Assembly: GCA_039915665.1 (NCBI GenBank)
Contig: JBDSMW010000011.1
Span: 1,883-65,882, forward strand
Origin: Nocardioidaceae bacterium
Lineage (GTDB): Bacteria > Actinomycetota > Actinomycetes > Propionibacteriales > Nocardioidaceae
Length of the DNA: 64,000 bases
Direction: 5' to 3'
Shown here: positions 43,725-54,068 of the stretch, piece by piece
Position numbering within the stretch: the first letter of the stretch is position 1
Layout: every line of letters begins with the position of its first letter
Notes under the pieces: model-generated
What the model was told of the DNA's origin: nothing
Database searches by the model: none
Seen by the model: the letters and a program-made list of their open reading frames with translations, nothing else
Made by a program: the position numbers and the translations under genes

Positions 43725-45776
43725 ATGGACCAGAGCAACCCGTTCGTCACGCCCAGCGACCTACCGTTCGCCTTCCCACGCTTCGACCGGATCGAGCACG
43801 AGCACTACCGGCCCGCCTTCGACGCCGGCGTCGCGGAGCAGCGCGCCGAGGTCGAGGAGATCGCTGCGCAGGACACCGAGGCGACGTTCGCCAACACGGT
43901 CGAGGCGCTGGAGCGCTCCGGGCAGACCTACCGGCGGATGATGCGGGTCTGGTCGAACCTGTGCGCGTCGATGTCGACGCCGCAGATGCAGTCTCTCGAG
44001 ACCGAGCTCGCGCCGCTGATCGCCGAGCACACCGACGCGATCCGGCTCGACCCCCGGCTCTTCGCCCGTGTCGACGCCGTGCACTCCGGCCGTCACGACG
44101 CCGGCCTGACCCCGGAGCAGGTCCGCGTCGTCGAGCGCTACCACCGGGACTTCGTCCGGGCCGGCGCCGCGCTGCCGGAGGCCGACCGCGACACCCTGCG
44201 CGACCTCAACGTGCAGATCACCTCGCTGACCACCGAGTTCTCCAACCGGGTGCTGGCCGAGTCCAACGACCTGGCCGTGCACGTCGCCGGCCGGTCCGAG
44301 CTCGACGGGCTGGCCCCGAACGCGATCGAGGCGGCGGCCAATGCGGCGATGTCGGCCGGCCTCGACGGCTACCTCCTGACGCTCTCCCTGCCGACGATCC
44401 AGCCCGCGATCTCCTCGCTCGCCGACCGCGGCGTCCGGCGCCGGCTGCACGAGGCTGCCACGTCCCGCGGCACCCGTGGGGGCGACCACGACACCCGGGA
44501 CCTGGTGTCACGGATCAGCGTGCTGCGCGCCCAGCGAGCCGCCTTGCTCGGGTTCGTGGACCACGCGGCCTACATCGCCGACGACCAGACGGCCGGCAGC
44601 ACCAAGGCCGTTCTGGAGATGCTCGACGAGATGGTCGACCCGGCCATGCGCAACCTGGAGACCGAGCGTGAGCGCATCGAGGACCTGCTCCGCGCCGACG
44701 GCGTCGACGGACCGGTCGAGCCCTGGGACTGGGCCTACTACGCGGCTCGGGACAAGGCCGCGACGTACGACGTCGACACGAACGCGGTGAAGCCCTGGTT
44801 CGAGCTCGACCGGGTCCTGCACGACGGGATCTTCTTCGCGGCCTCGCACCTCTACGGCGTCTCGTTCGAGCAGCGCACCGACCTGCCCGTGTACGCCGAC
44901 GGGGTGCGCGTCTACGAGGTCCGGGACGGCGACGGCGGCACGCTCGGGCTCTTCGTGTGCGACTGGTTCGCGCGGCCCACCAAGCAGGGCGGTGCGTGGA
45001 TGGACGAGTTCGTCGGCCAGTCGCGCTTGTTGGGCACCAAGCCCGTCGTGGTGGTCTGCCTCAACGTGCCCGAGCCGCCCGTGGGGCAGCCGGCGCTGAT
45101 GACCGTCGACGAGGTACGCACCGGCTTCCACGAGTTCGGGCACGCCCTGCACGGGTTGTTCTCCGACACCGTCTACCCGCGCCTCCAGGGCACCTCGGTG
45201 CCCCGCGACTTCGTGGAGTTCCCCTCCCAGGTCAACGAGATGTGGGCGTTCTGGCCCGAGGTGCTGGCGCACTACGCCGTGCACCACGAGACCGGCGAGC
45301 CACTGGCCCAGGACGTGGTCGACCGGCTGGTTGCCTCGCAGGAGCACGGCCAGGGCTTCGAGATGGTGGCGATGCTCGGGGCCGCCCTGCTGGACCAGGA
45401 GTGGCACCGGCTCGCCTCCGGCCAGCCGGCCGTCGAACCCGGGCAGGTCGAGGAGTTCGAGTCAGACGCGCTGACCCGGCACGGCGTGCGGTCCGAGCTG
45501 GTGCCGCCGCGCTACCGCACCGGCTACTTCGCCCACGTGTTCGCGGGCGGCTACGACGCGGGCTACTACTCCTACCTGTGGAGCGAGGTCCTCGACGCCG
45601 ACATGGTCGACTGGTTCACGGAGAACGGCGGCCTGGTCCGGGCCAACGGCGACCGGTTCCGCGAGCAGCTGCTCTCGGTCGGCGGGACGGTCGACCCGCT
45701 CGACGCGTTCGCCGCCGTGCGGGGTCGCGGTCCGAGCACCGACCCGCTGCTGCGTCGCCGGGGCCTGCGTGGCTGA
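43725..45776 (+). CDS. dcp: M3-family peptidyl-dipeptidase (Dcp-like)
   Basis: MDQSNPFVTPSDLPFAFPRFDRIEHEHYRPAF and the zinc motif HEFGHALH, with a downstream EFPSQ. 683 aa from the ATG at 43725. Confidence 0.88.
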   Translation: MDQSNPFVTPSDLPFAFPRFDRIEHEHYRPAFDAGVAEQRAEVEEIAAQDTEATFANTVEALERSGQTYRRMMRVWSNLCASMSTPQMQSLETELAPLIAEHTDAIRLDPRLFARVDAVHSGRHDAGLTPEQVRVVERYHRDFVRAGAALPEADRDTLRDLNVQITSLTTEFSNRVLAESNDLAVHVAGRSELDGLAPNAIEAAANAAMSAGLDGYLLTLSLPTIQPAISSLADRGVRRRLHEAATSRGTRGGDHDTRDLVSRISVLRAQRAALLGFVDHAAYIADDQTAGSTKAVLEMLDEMVDPAMRNLETERERIEDLLRADGVDGPVEPWDWAYYAARDKAATYDVDTNAVKPWFELDRVLHDGIFFAASHLYGVSFEQRTDLPVYADGVRVYEVRDGDGGTLGLFVCDWFARPTKQGGAWMDEFVGQSRLLGTKPVVVVCLNVPEPPVGQPALMTVDEVRTGFHEFGHALHGLFSDTVYPRLQGTSVPRDFVEFPSQVNEMWAFWPEVLAHYAVHHETGEPLAQDVVDRLVASQEHGQGFEMVAMLGAALLDQEWHRLASGQPAVEPGQVEEFESDALTRHGVRSELVPPRYRTGYFAHVFAGGYDAGYYSYLWSEVLDADMVDWFTENGGLVRANGDRFREQLLSVGGTVDPLDAFAAVRGRGPSTDPLLRRRGLRG

Positions 45777-46272
45777 GCTCCGCCTCCCCGTCCGTCGTAC
45801 GGCATCGGCGTTGGCGGTGCTGCTGCTGGTGACGACCGGCCTCACCGGGTGCTCGCGCTCGAAGTCCTACTGCTCGACGATCGGGGTGGACAGGCTGCAG
45901 CTCACCACGCTCTCCGCGGACATCGGAAAGCCCGGCCAGGCTGGTGCGGACGCGCTGCGAAAAGCCGTCACCGTGCTCTCCGGGCTGCGCGACGAGGCCC
46001 CCGACGACATCTCCGACGAGTGGGTGACGCTGGTGGCCGCGCTGCAGGGGCTGGTCGACGCGTTCCGGCAGTCCGGGGCCGCGCCGGGCGACTTCGCGGG
46101 CGGCACGTTGCCCGAGGGGGTCACCGCCGGCCAGTACGACGCGGTGCAGCAGGCGGTCGCGGAGCTGCAGAGCACCCGCGTGCAGCAGGCCGGCAAGAGC
46201 ATCGAGCAGCACGCCCAGGACGTCTGCCAGGTCGACCTCGGACCCGGGGGACTGGGCGGTCTCGGCGGCTGA
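45769..46272 (+). CDS. Hypothetical lipoprotein
   Basis: Lipobox ALAVLLLVTTGLTGCS with a helical Ala/Gln-rich mature part. No family is recognised. Confidence 0.6.
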   Translation: MAELRLPVRRTASALAVLLLVTTGLTGCSRSKSYCSTIGVDRLQLTTLSADIGKPGQAGADALRKAVTVLSGLRDEAPDDISDEWVTLVAALQGLVDAFRQSGAAPGDFAGGTLPEGVTAGQYDAVQQAVAELQSTRVQQAGKSIEQHAQDVCQVDLGPGGLGGLGG

Positions 46273-46405
46273 GCCGCGTTTCGGCGCGCTCAGCCGGCCC
46301 CGGTGACCGGCGCGACACTCCCTCGCGTTGCGACCAGCGCTCCACCATGACTAGATTTCGTTCCACCACCCGCCCGCCACCCACGCACAGGACCGAGGTC
46401 AGACA

Positions 46406-46726
46406 GTGGCTCTGCCGCGACTCACGCCGGAACAGCGTCAGGCGAACCTCGAGAAGGCGGCGGCCTCCCGTCGCGAGCGGGCCGAGATCAAGAACCGACT
46501 GAAGCACTCGGGCGCGTCGATCGTGGACGTCCTCTCGCAGGGCCAGCAGAACGAGGTCATCGGCAAGATGCGGGTCGTCGACCTGCTGCAGTCCATGCCC
46601 GGCCTCGGCAAGGTGCGCGCGCGCCAGATGATGGAGCGGCTCAGCATCTCCGAGAGCCGTCGCGTCCGCGGGCTCGGCGCCAACCAGATCGCCGCGCTCG
46701 AGCGCGAGTTCGGGTCACGAGGCTGA
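46406..46726 (+). CDS. mihF: Actinobacterial integration host factor MihF/sIHF
   Basis: [33 protein letters not shown]...[11 protein letters not shown]. 106 aa in the canonical position upstream of gmk. Confidence 0.9.
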   Translation: MALPRLTPEQRQANLEKAAASRRERAEIKNRLKHSGASIVDVLSQGQQNEVIGKMRVVDLLQSMPGLGKVRARQMMERLSISESRRVRGLGANQIAALEREFGSRG

Positions 46727-46731
46727 TCGGT

Positions 46732-47295
46732 GTGACTCAACGACAGGGCCGGCTGACGGTCCTGGCGGGGCCGACCGCGGTCGGCAAGGGCACGGTGGCC
46801 TCCTACGTCCGGACGCACCACCCCGAGGTGTGGATCTCCGTCTCCGCCACCACCCGCCGTCCCCGCCCCGGCGAGGTGCACGGCCGGCACTACTGGTTCG
46901 TGACCGACAAGGAGTTCGACCGCCTCGTCGCCGACGACGCGCTCCTGGAGTGGGCCGTGGTGCACAGGCGCGCCCGCTACGGCACCCCGCGCACGCCCGT
47001 CGACGAGGCGCTGGCCGCGGGCCGGCCCGCCCTGCTCGAGATCGATCTGCAGGGCGCGCGGCAGGTGCGGGTGCGGATGCCGGAGGCGCTGTTCGTGTTC
47101 CTCGCGCCGCCCTCCTGGAAGGAGCTGGTGCGTCGGTTGGTCGGCCGCGGGACCGAGACGGAGGAGGAGCGGACCCGTCGTCTGGAGACCGCCCGGGAGG
47201 AACTGGCGGCCGAGTCAGAGTTCGACGTGACGGTCGAGAACACCGAAGTTCACCTCGCCGCGGAAGAGTTGGTAACCTTGATGAAGGGCTCCTGA
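46732..47295 (+). CDS. gmk: Guanylate kinase
   Basis: P-loop [12 protein letters not shown], then [10 protein letters not shown] and [11 protein letters not shown]. Confidence 0.93.
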   Translation: MTQRQGRLTVLAGPTAVGKGTVASYVRTHHPEVWISVSATTRRPRPGEVHGRHYWFVTDKEFDRLVADDALLEWAVVHRRARYGTPRTPVDEALAAGRPALLEIDLQGARQVRVRMPEALFVFLAPPSWKELVRRLVGRGTETEEERTRRLETAREELAAESEFDVTVENTEVHLAAEELVTLMKGS

Positions 47296-47349
47296 GAGCC
47301 CAGCCCGCTTGGACGGGCCGTCTACCCCTGAATCTGTGAGGCTGCACCT

Positions 47350-47652
47350 GTGTCGTCCGTGTCCCGAATCCTGCCTGTCGCCGAGGGCATCACCAACCCG
47401 CCCATCGACGAGCTGCTGACCAAGACGGACTCGAAGTACAAGCTAGTCCTCTACAGCGCCAAGCGCGCGCGTCAGATCAACGCCTACTACTCACAGCTCG
47501 GCGAGGGCCTGCTGGAGTACGTCGGCCCGCTCGTGGACACCCACGTGCAGGAGAAGCCGCTGTCGATCGCGCTCCGCGAGATCAACGCCGACCTGCTCAC
47601 CTGCGAGGACATCGACCCGGACGCCGAGGGCGACACCCCCGCCCAGGCCTGA
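47350..47652 (+). CDS. rpoZ: DNA-directed RNA polymerase subunit omega
   Basis: [33 protein letters not shown]. Confidence 0.92.
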   Translation: MSSVSRILPVAEGITNPPIDELLTKTDSKYKLVLYSAKRARQINAYYSQLGEGLLEYVGPLVDTHVQEKPLSIALREINADLLTCEDIDPDAEGDTPAQA

Positions 47653-47665
47653 GACCCGCCGCACC

Positions 47666-48916
47666 ATGGCGAGTGACGCAGTCGAGAGCCGCCCTCATCC
47701 CCGGGTCGTCCTGGGTGTGAGCGGCGGCATCGCTGCGTACAAGGCCGCCGAGCTGCTCCGCCGGTTCACCGAGTCGGGCCACGACGTGACCGTCGTACCC
47801 ACCGCCGCCGCGCTGCAGTTCGTCGGCGCACCCACCTGGGCCGCGCTGTCCGGCAAGCCGGTCTCGACCGAGGTGTGGAGCGACGTGCACGCCGTGCCGC
47901 ACGTCCGGATCGGGCAGAGCGCCGACCTGCTCGTCGTCGCCCCGGCCACCGCCGACCTGCTGGCCAAGGCGGCGCACGGCCTGGCCGACGACCTGCTCAC
48001 CAACACCCTGCTCACGGTCCGCTGCCCGGTAGTCTTCGCCCCGGCCATGCACACCGAGATGTGGGAGCACCCGGCCACCCAGGAGAACGTCGCGACGCTG
48101 CGCCGCCGCGGCGCCCTGGTCATCGAGCCGGCCGAGGGGCGCCTCACCGGCGCCGACACCGGCAAGGGTCGCTTCCCGGAGCCGACCGAGATCTTCGAGC
48201 TGGCCCGCGAGGTGCTGGCCCGCGCCGGGGCCGCCAACCGGCTCGACCTGGCCGGCCGCCACGTGCTCGTCTCTGCGGGCGGCACCCGCGAGTACCTCGA
48301 CCCGGTGCGCTTCCTCGGCAACCGCTCCTCAGGCCTGCAGGGCTACGCGCTAGCCCGCGCCGCCGCCTCCCGCGGGGCCGAGGTCGTCCTGGTGGCCGCC
48401 AACGTGACCCTGCCCGACCCCGCCGGTGTGAAGGTGGTGCACGTCGAGACCACCGCGCAGCTGCGCGACGCCGTCCTCGCCGCGACCCCGACCGCCGACG
48501 CGGTCGTGATGGCCGCCGCCCCCGCCGACTACCGGCCGCAGGCGGTGAGCGACACCAAGATCAAGAAGGCCGAAGACGGTTCCGCCCCGACCATCGAGCT
48601 CGAGCAGAACCCCGACATCCTCGCGGAGATCTCGCACCACCGCGTCCGGCCCGGCAGCGTCGTGGTCGGCTTCGCCGCCGAGACGGGCGACGCGCACGGG
48701 TCGGTCCTCGACCTGGCCCGGGCCAAGCTGACCCGCAAGGGGTGCGACCTGCTGGTCGTCAACGACGTCAGCGGCGGCCAGGTCTTCGGCAGCGCCGAGA
48801 ACGAAGCCGTCGTGCTCGACGCCGACGGCGGCTCCACGCCGGTCCCGCGCGGCAGCAAGGCCGCCCTCGCGCACGTGATCTGGGACCGGGTCGCGGCCCG
48901 CCTCGAGACCGGCTGA
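47666..48916 (+). CDS. coaBC: Bifunctional phosphopantothenoylcysteine decarboxylase / phosphopantothenate--cysteine ligase
   Basis: GVSGGIAAYKAAELLRRF, APAMHTEMW and SAGGTREYLDPVRFLGNRSSG motifs. Confidence 0.93.
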   Translation: MASDAVESRPHPRVVLGVSGGIAAYKAAELLRRFTESGHDVTVVPTAAALQFVGAPTWAALSGKPVSTEVWSDVHAVPHVRIGQSADLLVVAPATADLLAKAAHGLADDLLTNTLLTVRCPVVFAPAMHTEMWEHPATQENVATLRRRGALVIEPAEGRLTGADTGKGRFPEPTEIFELAREVLARAGAANRLDLAGRHVLVSAGGTREYLDPVRFLGNRSSGLQGYALARAAASRGAEVVLVAANVTLPDPAGVKVVHVETTAQLRDAVLAATPTADAVVMAAAPADYRPQAVSDTKIKKAEDGSAPTIELEQNPDILAEISHHRVRPGSVVVGFAAETGDAHGSVLDLARAKLTRKGCDLLVVNDVSGGQVFGSAENEAVVLDADGGSTPVPRGSKAALAHVIWDRVAARLETG

Positions 48917-48991
48917 GCCACCGCTCCGGGAGCGGGTAACCTAACCGATCGACACACACCACCGACACAGCTGAGCAAGGGGTACGACGAC

Positions 48992-50185
48992 GTGGCTGGA
49001 CGCCTTTTCACCTCCGAGTCCGTGACCGAGGGTCACCCGGACAAGATCGCCGACCAGATCAGCGACACCGTCCTGGACGCGATGCTCGCGCAGGACGCGC
49101 ACAGCCGGGTCGCGGTCGAGACGCTGCTCACGACCGGCCTCGTGGTCGTCGCGGGTGAGGTCACCACCACCGGCTACGTCGACGTCAAGGAGCTGGTCCG
49201 TCAGCGCATCCTGTCGATCGGCTACGACTCGTCGGCCAAGGGCTTCGACGGACACTCCTGCGGGGTGATGGTGGCGATCGGCGGCCAGTCCGGCGACATC
49301 GCTCAGGGCGTCGACACCGGCCTCGAGTCCCGTGAGAGCTCGGTCGACCCGATGGACAAGCAGGGCGCCGGCGACCAGGGCCTGATGTTCGGCTACGCCT
49401 GCGACGACACCCCCGAGCTGATGCCGCTGCCGATCACGATCGCGCACCGGCTCGCCGAGCGGCTCTCCGAGGTCCGCAAGGACGGGACGATGTCCTACCT
49501 GCGTCCCGACGGCAAGACCCAGGTCACCATCGAGTACGACGACGAGGACCGCCCCGTGCGCGTCGACACCGTCGTCGTCTCCTCCCAGCACGCCAAGGAC
49601 ATCAGCCTCGAGGCGATGCTGACGCCCGACGTCAGGAAGCACGTCGTCGACCACGTCCTCGCGCAGTTCGACATCCCGTCCGACGGCTACCGCCTGCTGG
49701 TCAACCCGACCGGTCGGTTCGAGGTCGGTGGCCCGATGGGCGACGCCGGCCTGACCGGTCGCAAGATCATCGTCGACACCTACGGCGGCATGGCCCGTCA
49801 CGGTGGTGGCGCGTTCTCCGGCAAGGACCCGTCCAAGGTCGACCGCTCCGCGGCGTACGCCATGCGCTGGGTGGCCAAGAACATCGTCGCCGCGGGCCTG
49901 GCCCGTCGCTGCGAGGTGCAGGTGGCCTACGCCATCGGCAAGGCGCAGCCGGTCGGCTTCTACGTCGACTGCTTCGGCACCGAGTCGATCCCCGTCGCCA
50001 CGATCCAGAAGGCGGTCCAGGAGGTCTTCGACCTGCGCCCCGCCGCGATCATCGAGGACCTCGACCTGCTCCGCCCGATCTACGCCGCGAGCGCCGCCTA
50101 CGGTCACTTCGGACGCGAGCTGCCCGAGTTCACCTGGGAGAAGACCGACCGCGTCGACGCCCTCAAGGCCGCCGCCGGCGTCTGA
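48992..50185 (+). CDS. metK: S-adenosylmethionine synthase
   Basis: [33 protein letters not shown] and [16 protein letters not shown] motifs. Confidence 0.95.
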   Translation: MAGRLFTSESVTEGHPDKIADQISDTVLDAMLAQDAHSRVAVETLLTTGLVVVAGEVTTTGYVDVKELVRQRILSIGYDSSAKGFDGHSCGVMVAIGGQSGDIAQGVDTGLESRESSVDPMDKQGAGDQGLMFGYACDDTPELMPLPITIAHRLAERLSEVRKDGTMSYLRPDGKTQVTIEYDDEDRPVRVDTVVVSSQHAKDISLEAMLTPDVRKHVVDHVLAQFDIPSDGYRLLVNPTGRFEVGGPMGDAGLTGRKIIVDTYGGMARHGGGAFSGKDPSKVDRSAAYAMRWVAKNIVAAGLARRCEVQVAYAIGKAQPVGFYVDCFGTESIPVATIQKAVQEVFDLRPAAIIEDLDLLRPIYAASAAYGHFGRELPEFTWEKTDRVDALKAAAGV

Positions 50186-50200
50186 CCGGTTTGCACCTCC

Positions 50201-50236
50201 GACGCCGCCTCACCGCTCAGCCGGTGAGGCGGCGTC
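50201..50236 (+). terminator. Perfect 15-bp GC-rich stem-loop after metK
   Basis: GACGCCGCCTCACCG-ctcagc-CGGTGAGGCGGCGTC, 15 nt after the metK stop. There is no clear U-tract, and it could act on both strands. Confidence 0.6.
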
Positions 50237-50431
50237 GTACGTCCGCCAGCTCCTCGGCGCCCAGTCCGCCCGCGTCGGGTCGCGCCACCGCCGGCAACCG
50301 GCCGGCCGCCCACGTCGCGGACGTTGTCGCGGCCGCTCCAGCTCAGGTCGCCCATCCCGCCATCCAGGCACCGTCCACAGGGCGACGAGAGGGGCTGCGA
50401 GAAGGCGGGTGGTGGCTGGGAGACTGCTCTC

Positions 50432-52519
50432 GTGGTCGACGAGGAGCAGGACGAGACGGGGCAGCTGGCGCTGATGCCCGAGCTCGTGCGCGCCCAGGCC
50501 CGGGCGGCCAAGGAGCAGGCCGCGAAGCGCGCCAAGGCCCGCCTCCCGGTGGACCCGGCCCCCGAGCTGCCGGTGGCGCGCGTCCTGGTCGACGTGCCGC
50601 TGGCCCACCTCGACCGGCCCTTCGACTACCTCGTGCCCGCCAAGCTCCACGACAAGGTCGCCGCCGGCACCCGGGTCAAGGTCCGCTTCGCCGGCCAGGA
50701 CGTGGACGGCTTCGTGCTCGAGCGCGTCGAGAGCAGCGAGCACGAGGGCCGGCTGGCCCCGCTGCGGCGCGCGGTCAGCGCCGAGCCCGTGCTGTCCCCG
50801 GCGGTGGCCCGGCTGTCCGAGTTGGTCGCCGCCCGCTACGCCGGCACCCGCTCCGACGTCCTCCGGCTGGCGGTCCCCGCGCGGCACGCCACGGCGGAGA
50901 AGGAACAGTCCCCGGTCGCCCCCACTACCGTTCCCGACGTGTCGGAGAGCTCCTGGTCGGCGTACGACGGGGGAGCGGCGCTCGTGCGACGACTCGCGGA
51001 GGGCGGCACGCCGCGGACGGTCTGGTCGGCCCTGCCCGGGGACGGCTGGCCGGCCCTCCTCGCCCAGGCCGCGGCCGCGACGTACGCCTCCGGACGCGGC
51101 GTGCTGATCTGCGTGCCCGACCACAAGGACGTCGCCCGGCTCGACGCTGCCCTGACCGCGGTCCTCGGCGAGGGCCGGCACGTCGTGCTCACCGCCGACC
51201 TCGGCCCGGCGCAGCGCTACCGATCCTTCCTGGCCGTCGCCCGCGGCGCCGTCCGCGTCGTGGTCGGCACCCGGGCCGCGGCCTTCGCCCCGGTCCACGA
51301 CCTGGGGCTGGTCGCCCTGTGGGACGACGGCGACGACCTCTACGCCGAGCCGCGGGCGCCCTACCCGCACACCCGTGAGGTGCTGCTGACCCGCGCGCAC
51401 GAGGAGTCGACCGCCGTGCTGCTCGGCGGCTTCGCCCGCACCGTCGAGGGGGAGTACCTCGTCCGCACCGCCTGGGCGGAGGCCGTCGTCGCGGACCGGT
51501 CCGCACTGCGCGCCGCCTCCCCCCAGGTTGCCATCACCGGCGCCACCGACAAGGAGCTCGAGCGCGACCCGCACGCGCGCACGGCCCGGTTGCCGCGGAT
51601 CGCCTACGACGCGATCCGGGCCGGGCTCGAGCAGGGTCCGGTGCTGCTGCAGACCCCGCGACAGGGCTACGCCACCGCCCTGGCCTGCGACACCTGCCGC
51701 ACCCCTGCGCGCTGCCGGAGGTGCACCGGGCCGCTGCGGCAGACCGCGGCCCACCGGCCGCCGTCGTGCCGGTGGTGCGGCACCGACGAGCCGGCCTGGG
51801 CGTGCGCCGACTGCGGCGGGCGGGGCCTGCGGGCCCCGGTGCTCGGGGAGCAGCGCACCGCCGAGGAGCTCGGCCGGGCCTTCCCGCAGGTCACCGTGCG
51901 CACGTCCGGCGGCGACCGGGTGCTGGCCACCGTCGACGACCGCCCGGCGGTCGTGGTGGCGACGCCGGGCGCCGAGCCGGTGGCGGACGGTGGCTACGCC
52001 TGTGTCGTGCTGCTGGACACCTGGCTGATGCTCGGCCGCACCGACCTGCGCACCGGCGAGGAGTCGCTGCGCCGCTGGCTCGCCGCCGCCGCACTGGCCC
52101 GGCCTGCTGGCCGCGGCGGGCGGGTGGTGGCGGTGGGCGAGCCGTCCGGCCCGGAGCTGCAGGCGCTGGTCCGGTGGGACCCCTCCGGCTACGCGGGCCG
52201 GGAGCTGGAGGACCGGCAGTCCGCGCACCTGCCGCCGGCGTCCCGACTGGCCACCCTGACCGGCCCCGAGGCCGATCTCGACTGCGCGCTCGCGGCCCTG
52301 TCCCTGCCGGCCGGTGCGGAGGTGCTCGGACCGGTGCCCGTGCAGCTGACCGGTCCGGCCCCCGACGCGGACGCGCAGCGGGCCCTGCGGGCGGTGATCC
52401 GGGTGCCGCGTGCGGCCGGCTCGGCCCTGTCCCGGACGCTCGTGGAGATGCAGGGCGTGCGGTCCGCGCGCAAGCTGCCGCCGGTCCGCGTGCAGGTCGA
52501 CCCGGTGGGCCTCGAGTGA
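50432..52519 (+). CDS. priA: Primosomal protein N' (PriA) homologue with degenerate ATPase motifs
   Basis: N-terminal 3'-DNA-binding-like region ([22 protein letters not shown]) and a Cys-rich zinc region ([17 protein letters not shown]...CRWCG...CADCGG). GTG at 50432 follows GGGAG. The Walker A/B positions read ALPGDGWP and LWDDGDD. Confidence 0.85.
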   Translation: MVDEEQDETGQLALMPELVRAQARAAKEQAAKRAKARLPVDPAPELPVARVLVDVPLAHLDRPFDYLVPAKLHDKVAAGTRVKVRFAGQDVDGFVLERVESSEHEGRLAPLRRAVSAEPVLSPAVARLSELVAARYAGTRSDVLRLAVPARHATAEKEQSPVAPTTVPDVSESSWSAYDGGAALVRRLAEGGTPRTVWSALPGDGWPALLAQAAAATYASGRGVLICVPDHKDVARLDAALTAVLGEGRHVVLTADLGPAQRYRSFLAVARGAVRVVVGTRAAAFAPVHDLGLVALWDDGDDLYAEPRAPYPHTREVLLTRAHEESTAVLLGGFARTVEGEYLVRTAWAEAVVADRSALRAASPQVAITGATDKELERDPHARTARLPRIAYDAIRAGLEQGPVLLQTPRQGYATALACDTCRTPARCRRCTGPLRQTAAHRPPSCRWCGTDEPAWACADCGGRGLRAPVLGEQRTAEELGRAFPQVTVRTSGGDRVLATVDDRPAVVVATPGAEPVADGGYACVVLLDTWLMLGRTDLRTGEESLRRWLAAAALARPAGRGGRVVAVGEPSGPELQALVRWDPSGYAGRELEDRQSAHLPPASRLATLTGPEADLDCALAALSLPAGAEVLGPVPVQLTGPAPDADAQRALRAVIRVPRAAGSALSRTLVEMQGVRSARKLPPVRVQVDPVGLE

Positions 52520-52590
52520 CTGGTCGGGCGCCCCGTCCGACTCCGTAGACTGGGTCGTCGCCCTTCCCCCTCCACCCTCAGGAGCCCGTC

Positions 52591-53136
52591 GTGCCCGTCC
52601 AGCCGATCCGCCTGTTCGGCGACCCGGTGCTGCGCACCCCCGCCGTCCCGGTGACGGTCTTCGACAAGGAGCTGCGGCGGCTGGTGTCCGACCTGGGCGA
52701 CACCATGATGGCGGCGCCCGGTGCCGGGCTGGCCGCCCCGCAGATCGGCGTGGGTCTGCGCGTCTTCACCTGGTACGTCGACGGCGAGCTGGGCCACCTG
52801 GTCAACCCGACCCTCGATCTGTCCGAGGAGGAGCAGACCGGCTCCGAGGGCTGCCTCTCGATCCCCGACCTCACCTTCGAGTGCCGACGCGCACTCCGGG
52901 TGGTGGCCACGGGCTTCAACATGCACGGCGAACCGGTCAGCATCGAGGGACACGAGCTGCTGGCTCGCGCCATCCAGCACGAGACCGACCACCTCGACGG
53001 CATCCTGTTCCTCGACCGGCTGGACCGGGACACCCGCAAGCTGGCCATGAAGGCGATCCGCGAGGCGGAGTGGTTCGGCGAGCCCGCCCCGACCGTCCGG
53101 CTCTCCCCGCACCGCACCAACGGCTTCGGCCTGTGA
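52591..53136 (+). CDS. def: Peptide deformylase
   Basis: [17 protein letters not shown] and QHETDHLDG motifs. Confidence 0.95.
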   Translation: MPVQPIRLFGDPVLRTPAVPVTVFDKELRRLVSDLGDTMMAAPGAGLAAPQIGVGLRVFTWYVDGELGHLVNPTLDLSEEEQTGSEGCLSIPDLTFECRRALRVVATGFNMHGEPVSIEGHELLARAIQHETDHLDGILFLDRLDRDTRKLAMKAIREAEWFGEPAPTVRLSPHRTNGFGL

Positions 53137-54068
53137 GGGTCGTCTTCGCGGGCACGCCGGAGCCGGCCGTGCCGGCCCTGGAGGCGGTTGCCGCGAGCCG
53201 GCACGAGCTCGTCGGCGTCGTCACCCGCCCCGACGCTCCCGCCGGCCGGGGCCGGAGGCTGGTCGCCTCGCCGGTGGCGCTGCGGGCCGGGGAGCTGGGA
53301 GTGCCGGTCCTGAGGCCGGAGTACCCCCGCGACCCGGATTTCCAGGCCGCGCTGACCGCGCTGGCCCCCGACTGCTGCCCGGTGGTGGCCTACGGCGCGA
53401 TGCTGCCGCAGAGCGCTCTCGACATCCCGCCGCACGGCTGGGTCAACCTGCACTTCTCCCTGCTGCCGTCCTGGCGCGGCGCCGCACCCGTGCAGCACGC
53501 GCTCTGGGCCGGCGACGAGGTCACCGGGGCCACGACGTTCCGGATCGTCATGGCGCTGGACGCCGGCCCGACCTTCGGCGTGATGACCGAGCGGGTCCGG
53601 CCCACCGACACCTCCGGCGACCTGCTGGCCCGTCTGGTCGAGGGCGGCGCCGGGCTGCTGGTCAGCACGCTCGACGGCATCGAGGACGGCACCCTCGAGG
53701 CCCGCGAGCAGCCCGCCGACGGGCTCAGCCTGGCCCCCAAGGTCGAGGTGGCCGACGCCGAGGTGGAGTGGTCTCGACCCGCGGTCGCCATCGACCGTCA
53801 GGTCCGGGCCTGCACCCCGGCACCCGGGGCCTGGACGACGTACGACGGGGAGCGGCTCAAGCTCGGCCCCGTCCGACCCGACCCGGAGCACACGCCGGAG
53901 CGCCGGCTGGAGCCCGGGCTCCTCGAGGTGACCAAGAACGCCGTGCACGTCGGGACGGGCAGCGGGGCCGTGCGGCTCGGGGACGTGCAGCCGTTCGGCA
54001 GGAAGCGGATGCCCGCGGCGGACTGGGCTCGCGGAGCCCGGCTCGCTTCCGGAGGACGGCTCGGATGA
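53133..54068 (+). CDS. fmt: Methionyl-tRNA formyltransferase
   Basis: GTGA overlap with def. [31 protein letters not shown]. Confidence 0.93.
   Translation: MRVVFAGTPEPAVPALEAVAASRHELVGVVTRPDAPAGRGRRLVASPVALRAGELGVPVLRPEYPRDPDFQAALTALAPDCCPVVAYGAMLPQSALDIPPHGWVNLHFSLLPSWRGAAPVQHALWAGDEVTGATTFRIVMALDAGPTFGVMTERVRPTDTSGDLLARLVEGGAGLLVSTLDGIEDGTLEAREQPADGLSLAPKVEVADAEVEWSRPAVAIDRQVRACTPAPGAWTTYDGERLKLGPVRPDPEHTPERRLEPGLLEVTKNAVHVGTGSGAVRLGDVQPFGRKRMPAADWARGARLASGGRLG

Noticed and set aside
48917-48991. A SAM riboswitch upstream of metK.
   Set aside because: The spacer is only 75 nt and lacks the conserved SAM-I or SAM-IV cores. It holds only a short CCGCTC-cgg-GAGCGG hairpin at about 48921-35, which looks like a terminator-like stem after coaBC.
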